DNA of 64,000 nucleotides from assembly GCA_010093815.1 (NCBI GenBank), contig ML996582.1; one strand, written 5' to 3'. Below, one piece after another: positions 38,612 through 49,028 of this stretch; position 1 is the stretch's first letter; each line of letters opens with the position of its first letter. This stretch comes from Pseudovirgaria hyperparasitica (Eukaryota). Position numbers and translations under genes: made by a program. Below the pieces are notes generated by a model. That model had not been told where the DNA came from. It searched no databases and saw only the letters and a program-made list of their open reading frames with translations.

Positions 38612-40744
38612 ATGGACGACCTCACACCAGATATATTCTGTCCCGAATCAAGGGTGCTTATCATAGCTACAGGGGGGACAATCATGATGCGCAAGTCCAA
38701 GGACGGTCTGGTTCCCGTATGAGATAGAAGTCAAATTGTTTTCGACTACGAAATCAGGCTTACATAGTTTACACAGGCTCGAGGCTTCCTTCAATCTGGA
38801 CTGGCCCCGCGACCATCGTTCAACGACGGATCATATCCAGAGCCCCTGGAAATTGTCACTGACGATAAGGGTACGCGTAAGGCCGTACAAAGTCTACGAA
38901 CACCCATCAGCTCATACGAGCGTCGTATTCGCTATTCGATTCTGGAGTTTGAGCAATTGCTCGACAGCAGCTCCATTGACTCGGCAGGATGGGATCAGAT
39001 CGCGGTAGCGATATACCGGAATTATCAACTCTTCGACGGCTTCGTCGTCCTACATGGCACAGATTCACTGGCCTACACGTGCTCTGCACTAAGTTTCATG
39101 CTTGAGAATCTGGGCAAGCCGGTTATTTTGACGGGCTCACAGGCACCGATCATGCAGCTTCAAAATGATGCCACGGATAACCTGCTGACTTCACTGATCA
39201 TTGCTGGCCACTTCATGATACCGGAAGTTTGCCTCTTTTTCAACTATAAGCTGTTCCGTGGAAATCGCTCGACAAAAGTGTCAGCCGATGATTACGCAGC
39301 TTTCGCAAGCCCGAATATGCCTCCTCTCGCTACCATCACGTCCCTGCGGACGAACGTGTTGTGGAACCATGTATATCGGCCGACCGGGATGCAGTCCTTT
39401 ACCATCCAATGCAATCTCATGACAGCACATGTAGCCTGCTTGAGAATATTCCCCGGCATCAAACCAGAAATGGTCGATGCAGTGTTGAGAATAGAGGGCC
39501 TCAAGGGCCTCGTCCTCGAGACGTTCGGAGCAGGAAACACACCCGGCGGACCCGACTCCGCGTTTACGAAAGTGTTGGCCGAGGCGGTGAAACGAGGCAT
39601 CGTCATCGTCAATGTCACACAGTGTCTCAGCGGCAGTGTGAGCCCCTTGTACGCGCCTGCAACGATCTTGGGCCGAGCCGGTGTCGTCTTCGGGCAAGAT
39701 ATGACCACCGAGGCAGCGCTGACAAAGCTGATCTACTTGCTGTCAAAGGAGAATACGACGCCCGAAGAGGTAGCAAAGGACATGTTGGTCTCCCTACGGG
39801 GAGAGCTGACAGAGGTATCCCGCACTCATTTCCAGCATCCCAAGGGCGGCAGTCTCACGCCCGAGCTCACCAATCTATCAGCGCTCGGATATGCCATACA
39901 AAGAGGTGACATGGAGGCTACTAGGGAGGTGATCAGGAGCGAGCCAAGGTTTCTATTGAATGATGCGGACTATTCGGGGAATACGCCCATGGTGAGTTCC
40001 TCCACTTCAATCAGTACCCCTCTTATTTGAGCATGCTGCAATTGCTGGGGAGCCGTTATGGTAAGTTGCACACTGAACCGATTGCCCGGGTCTGGATCAC
40101 AGCGAACGGTCATCTGCGGGCTTGTTGACGCAAGAGTGGTTCGATAAACCCATGATACTTGCGGACTTGTAACAAGCCGGCAATTGACCCCGCGATCAGC
40201 CCGTCGACCGGAGCTACAACGAGCATCATACACCGAAGTCGGCAACCCACGGAAGCACGTCCGCACGTACGGCCCGAGTATTCATGCCTTGACAATATAC
40301 CTGAGTCGCAAACACGGCACGCCGAGAGCGAAATGGCGCGAGTCAGCAATCCCACACGGCTAGGCGTGCCAGCAGCATGGAAGGATGGAAATAGATTCTT
40401 TTTTTTTCTAAACACACAAAGCACGCAAAAGCACCACGCACAGCGTAACATTAGCTAACGCGCACTCTTTTTTTTTGCCAATACAGCATCTAGCCGCAAC
40501 CAGCGCGAACGTCGAGATCCTGCGCGAGTTCCTGAAGGCCGGGGCATCGGTGCACCTGCGCAATCGCGAGGGCCATACGCCGCTGTATCTGGCCGCGCAT
40601 GCAGGCCAGGCAGAGCACGTCCGCGTGCTAAAGGAAGCCGGGGCCCATCTGCACTTTGACGAGATGCCGGCGGCGCGGCTGCATGCAGAGAACGGGATTG
40701 GCAGCTCGTGGGCCGATGCAGGCGTCGTTGTCGGCGAGGAGTGA
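38612..40744 (+). CDS. Type I L-asparaginase with C-terminal ankyrin repeats (60-kDa lysophospholipase type)
   Basis: IIATGGTIMM, LLDSSS, HGTDSLAY, TGSQ, LETFGAGN, DMTTEAALTK; ankyrins GNTPM|HLAA and GHTPLYLAA; introns 38717-38776 and 39992-40486. Confidence 0.95.
40032..40379 (+). ncRNA. Candidate structured intronic RNA element (class unknown)
   Basis: Terminal 8-bp complement CATGCTGC/GCAGCATG enclosing several hairpins, inside an unusually long intron; pairings found by eye only. Confidence 0.4.
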
Positions 40745-41609
40745 GATCTTTTGTTGTGCAGGGTTGTGGCTGTGAGAGAGCAGGGCTTTTTTCGCTGTTC
40801 TATGGTTTTGTTTCAACGGGAAAATAAATTACTGTAGGGTAATTACAGAAGGATCGAGTCCCCGTTGATGGATGGGTCCCGTCCGAGACCGGGACAGTGC
40901 ACGACAGGTAATTATGGGAATTTGCAGAGAAATTTCCTCACGCCCCCTCTTGCGGTACCGAGCGGACGCGAGGGCGACGTTGAAAGAGTTGGGCGGAGCT
41001 AGACAGACAGCTGCAGGTGAGGTAATTCGGGCACCACATAAATAGAGCGGTTAATTTCCTGCAAAGAATCGGCAATGTTGTATATACTGAAGATGCCGCA
41101 GATATAGGACGTTGTGTATATTGTGTCGTATGAGTTAGATTCGCATGGCTTTTATTGGCGTAGGGATATAGTATCGATTGTCGATGTTACGATGGAAGAT
41201 GGAATTCAAGGGTTGATCATCTGGAGCACCGTTAGCCTATAGTTCGACAAGTATGCTGCAATCGAGGACGCGTTGTCGCCTAGGTCTTCCAAATCGCCTT
41301 CAATTAGTCGAGTAGCAGTGACGGCAAAATGGTCGGAACAGTTACTGATGACGTTGCTGGTGAGGTTGTGTATTCGGACCAGCCAGCCGTAGTTCTCTCC
41401 CATGTGTCGGAGCACAATCAATCTCCTCGAGGAAGAGAAGAAGATCGACGTGAAGAGGGTGTGCTCGTGTCTGAATATGAGTGGAAGTACCTGGTGCGCA
41501 AGCACAGCACACTGAGAAGACTGAAGTTGTCCGGTTGGGATACCACAGGAGTCCATAATCATATCTGCGTCAGGCCCGAAATCTTCCTTATCACAAAGCC
41601 AGCTGAGGG

Positions 41610-42065
41610 AATCAGCTCTACTCTTGTTCTGATCCCGGTGTATTCTGCGTCCTGCTCCTCCAGGAATTCTAGTACAGTCCAGTCGAAGACGCTGTCAAAG
41701 TGGAAGTGTTTAGCAGTTAGAACAATGCTGCGAAAACAGGCGTTGTAGATGTCCATAGTCGAGTTTCTTGTCCGAATGAATAAGCTTGAAGGGGTACGTG
41801 ACAAATTCAGCAGGAAGACTTGTAAAGAGATTGTGCTTCTTTCGTCTCTAAGATCATCTGCTCTTGGTTCAGTCCGATTTATATCTTAGGCCTTGCCATG
41901 GAAGCGGACCGTTGAGCGGGTAATTATATATGGAAAGATATATCTGAGAGGGTAATTATATATGGAAAGATATATCTGAGAGGGAGGTCTTCAATGCAGT
42001 TTTGCTGCAGCTATCTCTTCCTAGATGTGTGTTGATGCTGGTACGTATGGCAGCATGCCGACTAC
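41610..42065 (-). pseudogene. Casein kinase I (CK1) C-lobe pseudogene fragment
   Basis: Collinear CK1 motifs in shifting frames: SINTHLG, GPLPWQGL, LPAEFVTY, KLDYGHLQRLF, FHFDSVFDWT; frameshifts, a stop and a 32-bp duplication. Confidence 0.82.
41918..41984. repeat. 32-bp perfect tandem duplication
   Basis: GGGTAATTATATATGGAAAGATATATCTGAGA at 41918-41949 and 41950-41981. Confidence 0.95.
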
Positions 42066-43040
42066 TGTGATACCTTGCCTGCGAGCAGTAGCAACATAGT
42101 CTCTAGATTATATACTCCGGGTTAAGAGTAATTTCTTGACCGGGTTTAGGGTGATTGCTAGTTGCATGACAAACTCAGGCCCTATCCGTGGTAGCTTACG
42201 TGTAGCAGGGCAAGCATAGTACAGCACGGCTGCGGCACAGTACAGCACGGCACCGCACAGCAGGCATGACCAGCTGAGCAGACCCTGCAGCAAAATCAGC
42301 AAAATTAATAATGCTTTAGGTCGCTGTGCATGATTCCATGCATCCAATTTGTCCCTTTGCGGGCGAACGGTGACGTCGACGTACACTGTAGTAGTATATT
42401 GTTCTTCTGTGTCTGTTGTTCATTTAATTAATTATACAATACAGTATATAATATGATGTGATGATATTGGAACGAAGTTGTTTCTGCTCCGTACACGCCG
42501 CCGCCGCCTCCTACTTGCAGCATCAAATGGGCACAGTTCTTCGATCGAGTCTGGCGTCACGTCACATCAAGTCACGTCACGTCACTGATCCTGCTCATCC
42601 ATATAATTGATTGAATTAGCCCTGTTCCCTTGCAATGGATGACTTCTGCACCGCGGAGATGCTGGTTGCGAGCCAGGTTGCAGTTGCAGTTGCAGTGCCG
42701 CCACGCCATCTTGTGTGCCATCCATCCATCCATCCATTCAGTCAGTCCTGTTGTCCAATCTACACGCGACGCTGTGAATAATAGCGAATACTCTGCCTCT
42801 ACACTCATACGTCTCATCCCCATAGTCGGGCCACTATTACCTAATAGGCGCGAGGACCGTGTTGGTTTAGTCCTGGGTCTTGGGCCCTTTTGCACCCAGT
42901 CAACCTCACCCGGTCCATTGTTGAGTCGCACGCAAACGCTTTAAGAACTTGTCGACACATCATCGTCGTGTTCGTGCCACGCCTACTCGCCCTCCAGGGT
43001 GATCTTCGATAATATGATGATAATGCCAATGCCACGCGCA

Positions 43041-43106
43041 AGATGCAGATACCAGATACCAGATACCAGATACCAGATTGCCAGATGCCAGATGGCCAGA
43101 TGCCAG
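43041..43106. repeat. (AGATACC/AGATGCC)n heptamer array upstream of nmrA
   Basis: agataccagataccagataccagataccagattgccagatgccagatggccagatgccag read directly. Confidence 0.85.
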
Positions 43107-44379
43107 AACACACACACCTAGCCGGCTTGCCCTCTTCCTCTCCTTGACTTCCAATTACCCGTCTCCCATTCTTCTCATCTGTCCGTTGTCGCTCTCTGGC
43201 TTGGACTAGTTGATTAGCCATTAAGCTTCTTCTCACTATCCACCGCCTGATACACTGGAGAGACCACAACCTCCTTCTGCTCCTCCTCCTCTTCTTCCTC
43301 ATTTCCCCGGATAAGCTCCCGCCAGGCCCAGCTACCATCCATCCATCCATCCATCATCCCATTGCTTGCCCCTACACCTGCTGCAGAACCTTGATACACG
43401 AACCACCACGGACAAACTTCCAACCATATAATACCTACCACCACACTTTGTTCACGCCATCGCACAAGCGCCTGAGCTGTGTCGCAGCGCCGCATCCTCC
43501 AACCTTGACCGTTCCCTTCCTTTTCCTTACCTCTCACCGCACCAACAAGACTCACATTTGCCATCTATCGTTCCAGAGCTCCACCCGACAGACGGCCTCT
43601 TATACCCGTTACACCTGCGCCTTCCAATCCCCATCGCGCCTCTTATCCGTGTACCAGTCAGTTGGGTCAAAGCTGCGTCTTGCCCCCCTACGAGCCACTC
43701 GCTCAACCACCACACTCCCGCCAGTCAGCTGCCATTGATAGGCTTGCATACCCATCTCTGCTCAAACTCGTCAACGTTTTCCTAGTGACCTTCCTGAACC
43801 TTTTACCAGGCCTTGTCTTCCATCCGTTCAAGGCAAAAGGATTCACCTGTTGTTCCAGGGTAAAGCCAATACACGAACGACTAAAGGGACTGGGTTTCGG
43901 CTATTTTGTTCCGTCTGCTCACGACTTGGTTCAGCATCACAAGTGAACAGCTCTATCCAGGACACACAGCCATCGACCGCCAACATTCCTTAACGTTCTC
44001 TACTTCACTGCAGTCTTGCTGTTGTGTCCTCGAACTGTTCCAGCCTTTTCTTTGCGCTTCACTTCCAGCTTCCCCACATTCCGCAGAGCTCCCCCAGGAC
44101 TGCGTTTCCTCTCGCTTGCTCACTTTGCCCAACCGCAGCTCTCATTCCACAATCTAAATCCGGATAGCGCCGTCACCTCCTGGCCACATAGTTCCTAAAT
44201 CCTCAAAGAACCATTTTGGCTCCCGCCTCCCGTCAATACTATCCGACTGTTGTCTTCCCAAAAAGTGGAAAAAAAGAAGTGAAAATTTGCTCTCATCACC
44301 ACCACTCTCGTGCAGTAGCTCTTTTCTTTGCTTTCCCATCTTTTATCAGAGTCTCGTTCGGTCCTGCATTCAAGCCCGA

Positions 44380-45508
44380 ATGGGTTCCCTTCCAGTCGAT
44401 TCGGGGGCTTTCTCTCCCATGGCCGCGAAAAATGTCGTTACTATCAACAGCTTGGGTCGGCAGTCGGCTAGCTTCATCCGTGTCGCCTCTGCCGTAGGCT
44501 GGACTGTCCGCGGTCATATACATACCGACGACGGCATCGTGGCGAGGGAACTCAAGGCCCTGCCAGGCGTGACTCTTATCAAAGGCGCTCTCGAGGACAA
44601 GAACTATGTCGCCGACCTGTTCAAGGATGCCCATGTTGCCTTTATAAATACCACCCACTGGGGAGACGAGGTTGCTCTCGGTCGTGCGCTTGCAGATGCC
44701 GCAAAAAGGGCTGGTGTACAGCACTATATCTACAGTAGTATGCCTGATCATTCAATCTACAACCAGGGCTGGAAAGAACTTCCGTTGTGGGCGCACAAGT
44801 TCACCATCGAGAACTATATCCGGCAGATTGGTCTACCGGCAACCTTCGTATACTGCGGAATCTACCACAACAACTTCACCAGTCTCAATTTTCCTCTTTT
44901 CCGTATGGAACTGCAGCCGGACGAGGAGAGTTTCGTATGGCAAGCACCATTCCATCCAGATCACCTCCTCCCATGGCTTGACTCGGAACATGATATTGGG
45001 CCTGCAATTCTCCAGATTTTCAAACAGGGTCCAAGGAAGTTCAACGGTGCACGGTAAGTATTCATCGGAAACTTGTGGCATGCATCGAATGCGCAAGGCC
45101 ATTATGACTGGCTCAATACTAATTCTATTCAGTATACCTCTTGCTTACCAGCATCTCACTCCAAAACAGGTTTGTCGAGCGTTTGCTCGAGGCGTAGGCC
45201 GCCCTGTGAGATACGTGCGAGGGCCTATCAGCATAGAAGTCTCTATACCCATCGGTTATCGTGAGCATCTACAGGCCTTGGAAGAGACACTTGGTAAGAA
45301 GGGAGCACCATACTTCGGACCAGAGCTCGAGCCGGACTGTACGAAGCTTGCGTTGCAACTGTGGGAAGGCTATCGAGACCTGGAAGAGTACGCCAGGGAA
45401 GTTTTTCCGACAGAAGAAGCTGCAAATGGCTTGACATGGATGGACGAACCTAAAACACCCGCGAGTGAAGTTGTTCCAGACATCTTCCAGTTTCAGAGCA
45501 GCTGTTAG
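44380..45508 (+). CDS. nmrA: Nitrogen metabolite repression regulator NmrA
   Basis: GRQSASFIRVASAVG, AFINTT..GDE, QHYIYSSMPDHS, KFTIENYIRQ, LPWLDSEHDIGPAILQIFK, EEYAREVFPTEEAANGLTWM closely match A. nidulans NmrA as recalled; intron 45054-45132. Confidence 0.93.
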
Positions 45509-46170
45509 CTCAAACCTAGACTTTTGGGGAGGTCATCAGCAGGGGTGGCGTCGTCTGGGAGTCAATGAAGAAGTGTATTAAGCATGGGACTTCAAACATG
45601 CCCAACTGGCGTTTCGAGCAAAAGAGGATGGGTTTGCGGGTACAGCGGATACCCGGGCACTCAACTCAGCGTCCTGGCATTTCGAAGGTGTGGTCAGGGT
45701 CCAGCGAGAACTTGAGTGAGCGTATACTTTGGATAAAATATATCGCAAATACTGTTCGATATTGTTGGCGTTCAAAAATGGTCTGTGGCACAAGAAGACA
45801 CAACAGAGGAATAACTTTTGAATGTCTAGAGCGAAGTGGACAAGCGACCTTTTATCATGCGCCGCCCATACATAGCTCAGCTAAACAGGGCGATGCGGAT
45901 CCTAGTCACACCACTTGCCTAAAGTGCAGAATTCTACTTGTCCGCGGAGATGAATATGTTTGACTATTACCTTCATATCGTGCATCATAAGCTATGCCCA
46001 ATGGGCGAAAGCCGGTGGCAGTCTAAACAGATTTGTGGCGTGAGAGCAGAGGAACTGTGGCTAGTGCACCCGATCCAGGAACCGGCTGATTCATCCACTT
46101 CCTTGGCGTCGAACTTTCGTTTCGAGGTCGCGCGTGGTGAACATCGTGGTTAAGCTTGAATTGAGCAGCC

Positions 46171-47037
46171 ATGGACCTCTTTCGCACATCGACGCGGCCC
46201 TTGGCTGGTCTCAAGGCCTCACTACGGCACTGTACAGCTCAGAAGAGATACAGGCATGAACGGATACGAAAGAATCCCGCCCTGATCGATGGATGGGATC
46301 TCATGATCGGGAAGAACATGCCTCCGAAGCAGGGCTTCTGGCAGAAAGAGGGTACGTTTTCCATGGCCATAACTATGTACTAGGCTGCTCTTCGCATATA
46401 TACCCATTACTGACACGTCCTCCTCTCATCACAGCACCAGCTGCCCCAGAACCAAAGCATAAAAAGATCAAAATCCACAATCCCCCCGTTTCCGAAGCTC
46501 TGCGCTGCCCAACGCCTACCATTACCTGGAACCAGCAGCAAGTCGCCGCTCTTGATCCCCTCGGTCAGCGTGAACGCCTCTTCAGTCGCTCCTACCCCGA
46601 GCACGCCAATGTCGGCGATGTCCTGCTCGTCAAGCTACGAAACGGCGATCCGTTCGTCGGCGTCTGCATAAGCATCAAGCGCGGTATAGACGCGGCGGAG
46701 GGTAGGATAGGTGCTGATACATCAATACTGCTGCGGAACCATCTGACGGCGATTGGTGTTGAGATGAGCTTCAAGATCTTCAGTCCAAACGTGTCGGGTA
46801 TTGAGGTTGTGGAGAGGGCGAGGAAGCGGGCAAGGAGAGCGAGATTGTACTACATGAGGTATGTGGTCTGTTATCAGGCACGTGGAGTTTGGCTAATATT
46901 TTTTTTTTTTACTTTTTTGCAGGAATAAGAAGCATGATCGTGGTTCTTTGGCGGGTGTGTTGGAGAGATATCAGAATGAGAGGGCGGGAATTACGGGTAC
47001 GGGGGCGCGGAAGGTGAAGAGTAAGAAGAGGAGGTAG
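46171..47037 (+). CDS. IMG1: Mitochondrial ribosomal protein bL19 (Img1)
   Basis: VGDVLLV, FVGVCISIKR, ILLRNHL..IGVEMSFKIFSP, RARRARLYYMR|NKKHDRGSL; introns 46352-46434 and 46859-46922. Confidence 0.9.
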
Positions 47038-47264
47038 AGTAGCTGGTAGGGAGACTGCCATACTAGACCATGGAGCGCCTGTGCGGACGGACCACGGACT
47101 GAGCATCTTGTACTAATACGACGCAAATTCTGTATATGGATGTATCTTTTGCCTGTACCATATGAGAATTCTCGGTCTTTCAACATCTGTCCTTGGGTCG
47201 TGATGGTAAAAAGGACTGCGTTGATTACTCACGGTATTACTGATGAGAGTACAGTTCTCCTTTG

Positions 47265-48431
47265 TCAATCTTCGCTTTTCACTTCGCCAGAACGTGTGAG
47301 TCCTCGCACTTCCGCCCGTTCCATCTTGGCTCTCTTTACTCTACTCTTCTCCTTTGTTCTTACCTCTTCCCAGTTGTCTTCTATCCAAGCGAGTAACTTC
47401 TCTTCACCGATGTCATCAATCGCATTCGCCCATTTCGATACCGGGTCATCACTCATGTCAGCTTCTGCATTGATGACGGCCTCGTCTTGCTCAAACGACA
47501 CCCATCGCTTTAGCCCTCTCATAACGAGATTCAACTTCTCGCCCTCGTCAACAGGAACCATACGAGCCGCCTTTGCCCAGAACGCCTTTTCCTTCTCGTG
47601 CTTGAAAAACCCAGCCATCTTCGTATCATACTCCTCTCGCCTGCCGAACCGCTCGAGACCTCTCGCCAGCACAGCATCCCGCGTCCACTCCGGCCCCGGA
47701 GAAACCCTCAACTGGCCCATCCTCGCCCCGACAAACTCATCCACAAACCGCACAAACATCTCTCTCTTCGCCCTCCTCTGCCGATCCTTTGCATTGTCCC
47801 TCGTACTCAACTCCTCCACACCAAAGAACCCCGCATCGACAATCCACGCGAACAAATCCTCCTCCGTCGCAAACCCCGTCTCGTACGCCGCCGCATCAAG
47901 CCCAAGAAACTGCAACGCCTCCGACGGCTCCTCGGTCAGGAAGATCAGACTGCCCTTGCGATCCGTGTGCTCGAGCTCGGGAATGCGCAGGAAGAAGCCC
48001 TTGTTCGTGGTCGTGAGGCCGAGCGGGCGGATGCAGACGCCGATGATCTGCCAGAGGTCGCCGTACGAGTGCTCGAATGCTTCCCAGGCGAGGTGCTCGG
48101 GCACGCACACGTGGACGTCGAGCTGGACGTGGCCTGTGGGGTCTTCCGGGTGGGGGACGGCGAAGGAGGTTGTTGGGCCGCTGGTGGAGTGGCGGGCGGC
48201 GTCTAGGATGGCGGCGAGGGTGGGAGGGGCAAGGTCGTGGAGTGGGGAGGCGACCATCATGTCGATGTCGCCATGGGAGGCTTTTCCGGGGGCTTCGACG
48301 GGAGTTGTGACTTTGGAGTAATACTGGCGGAGGAGGTCTGTGTATTGGGCTTTGAGCTTTTGATATAAGTCTGGCGCGAGCCGGGGAACGTTGAGGGCAT
48401 TTGGGCCGGAGCAGAATAGTTGGCCGCCCAT
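47265..48431 (-). CDS. Uncharacterised Pol-beta-superfamily nucleotidyltransferase-like protein
   Basis: Intronless 388-aa ORF with PGKASHGDIDMMV (GDxD), VQLDVH (candidate third Asp) and YGDLWQIIG..GL. Confidence 0.7.
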   Translation of the reverse strand: MGGQLFCSGPNALNVPRLAPDLYQKLKAQYTDLLRQYYSKVTTPVEAPGKASHGDIDMMVASPLHDLAPPTLAAILDAARHSTSGPTTSFAVPHPEDPTGHVQLDVHVCVPEHLAWEAFEHSYGDLWQIIGVCIRPLGLTTTNKGFFLRIPELEHTDRKGSLIFLTEEPSEALQFLGLDAAAYETGFATEEDLFAWIVDAGFFGVEELSTRDNAKDRQRRAKREMFVRFVDEFVGARMGQLRVSPGPEWTRDAVLARGLERFGRREEYDTKMAGFFKHEKEKAFWAKAARMVPVDEGEKLNLVMRGLKRWVSFEQDEAVINAEADMSDDPVSKWANAIDDIGEEKLLAWIEDNWEEVRTKEKSRVKRAKMERAEVRGLTRSGEVKSED

Positions 48432-49028
48432 GGCGGGCGGGGGACTCTTCTTGTATTGATAGCTTGGAGTTTTTTATATATGTCTGGAATTGAGTAGGGA
48501 GGGGAGTTTTGTGATATCAAGGCCGGAAAAGGCAGAGCAAAGGTTGAAGAGGAAATATATACACGTCTTCCCAAAGACGAGGGCTAAGGGTTTTTGTAAC
48601 CATCTATGTATTCTTAGTGGAGCGATAGAGTCATTGTTTTTCACGGCTGATGACTGTGAAACAGTCGCACTTGTGTGTTGTAGTAAGTAAACTGCGAGGC
48701 TGAGCAGGCTTCACGTTGACTCTTTACTTCGTGCCTTAGAATCGAGGCTTCCACAATTGGCCACTTACTGTGGATCCGCGGCGAGCCTTACTTAGCATTG
48801 TTAGAGAGCCCTGGTATCCACTCTGGCGTCGGTCCCGCACATCCCTGCTAACATTTTATTCTTGCCCAACATTTTTTTGTTCGAACTGCTGTTTATATAA
48901 ATCCCACTGCCCTTGTTGTTTTGTTTCTTTCTTCCTCACTCCACTCACACTTGAAGAGGCCTCTTCTTCCGCCACATCGCATTTCTATAACAAAGGGATC
49001 CGCAAACACACTACACCACCAAGCAAAA

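Noticed and set aside
40090..40114. TCTGGATCACAGCGAACGGTCATC resembles the 3' half of fungal TPP riboswitches
   Set aside because: Lacks the CTGAGA/ATAC core and the TGATC..GATAAT loop; host gene is unrelated to thiamine.
40136..40150. GGTTCGA, a tRNA T-loop/B-box-like motif
   Set aside because: No cloverleaf, A box or complete GTTCRANNC consensus.
41918..41984. 32-bp direct repeats of CRISPR-like length
   Set aside because: Two adjacent copies with no spacer, eukaryotic context, no cas genes.
42375..42392. GTCGACGTAC resembling the yeast U3 5' end
   Set aside because: No box A (GGATCATTTCT) or other U3 boxes follow.
47140..48321. 393-aa antisense ORF, and similar ones at 6660-7535, 49235-49974 and 52556-53320
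   Set aside because: Shadow frames of GC3-biased real genes; no protein motifs.
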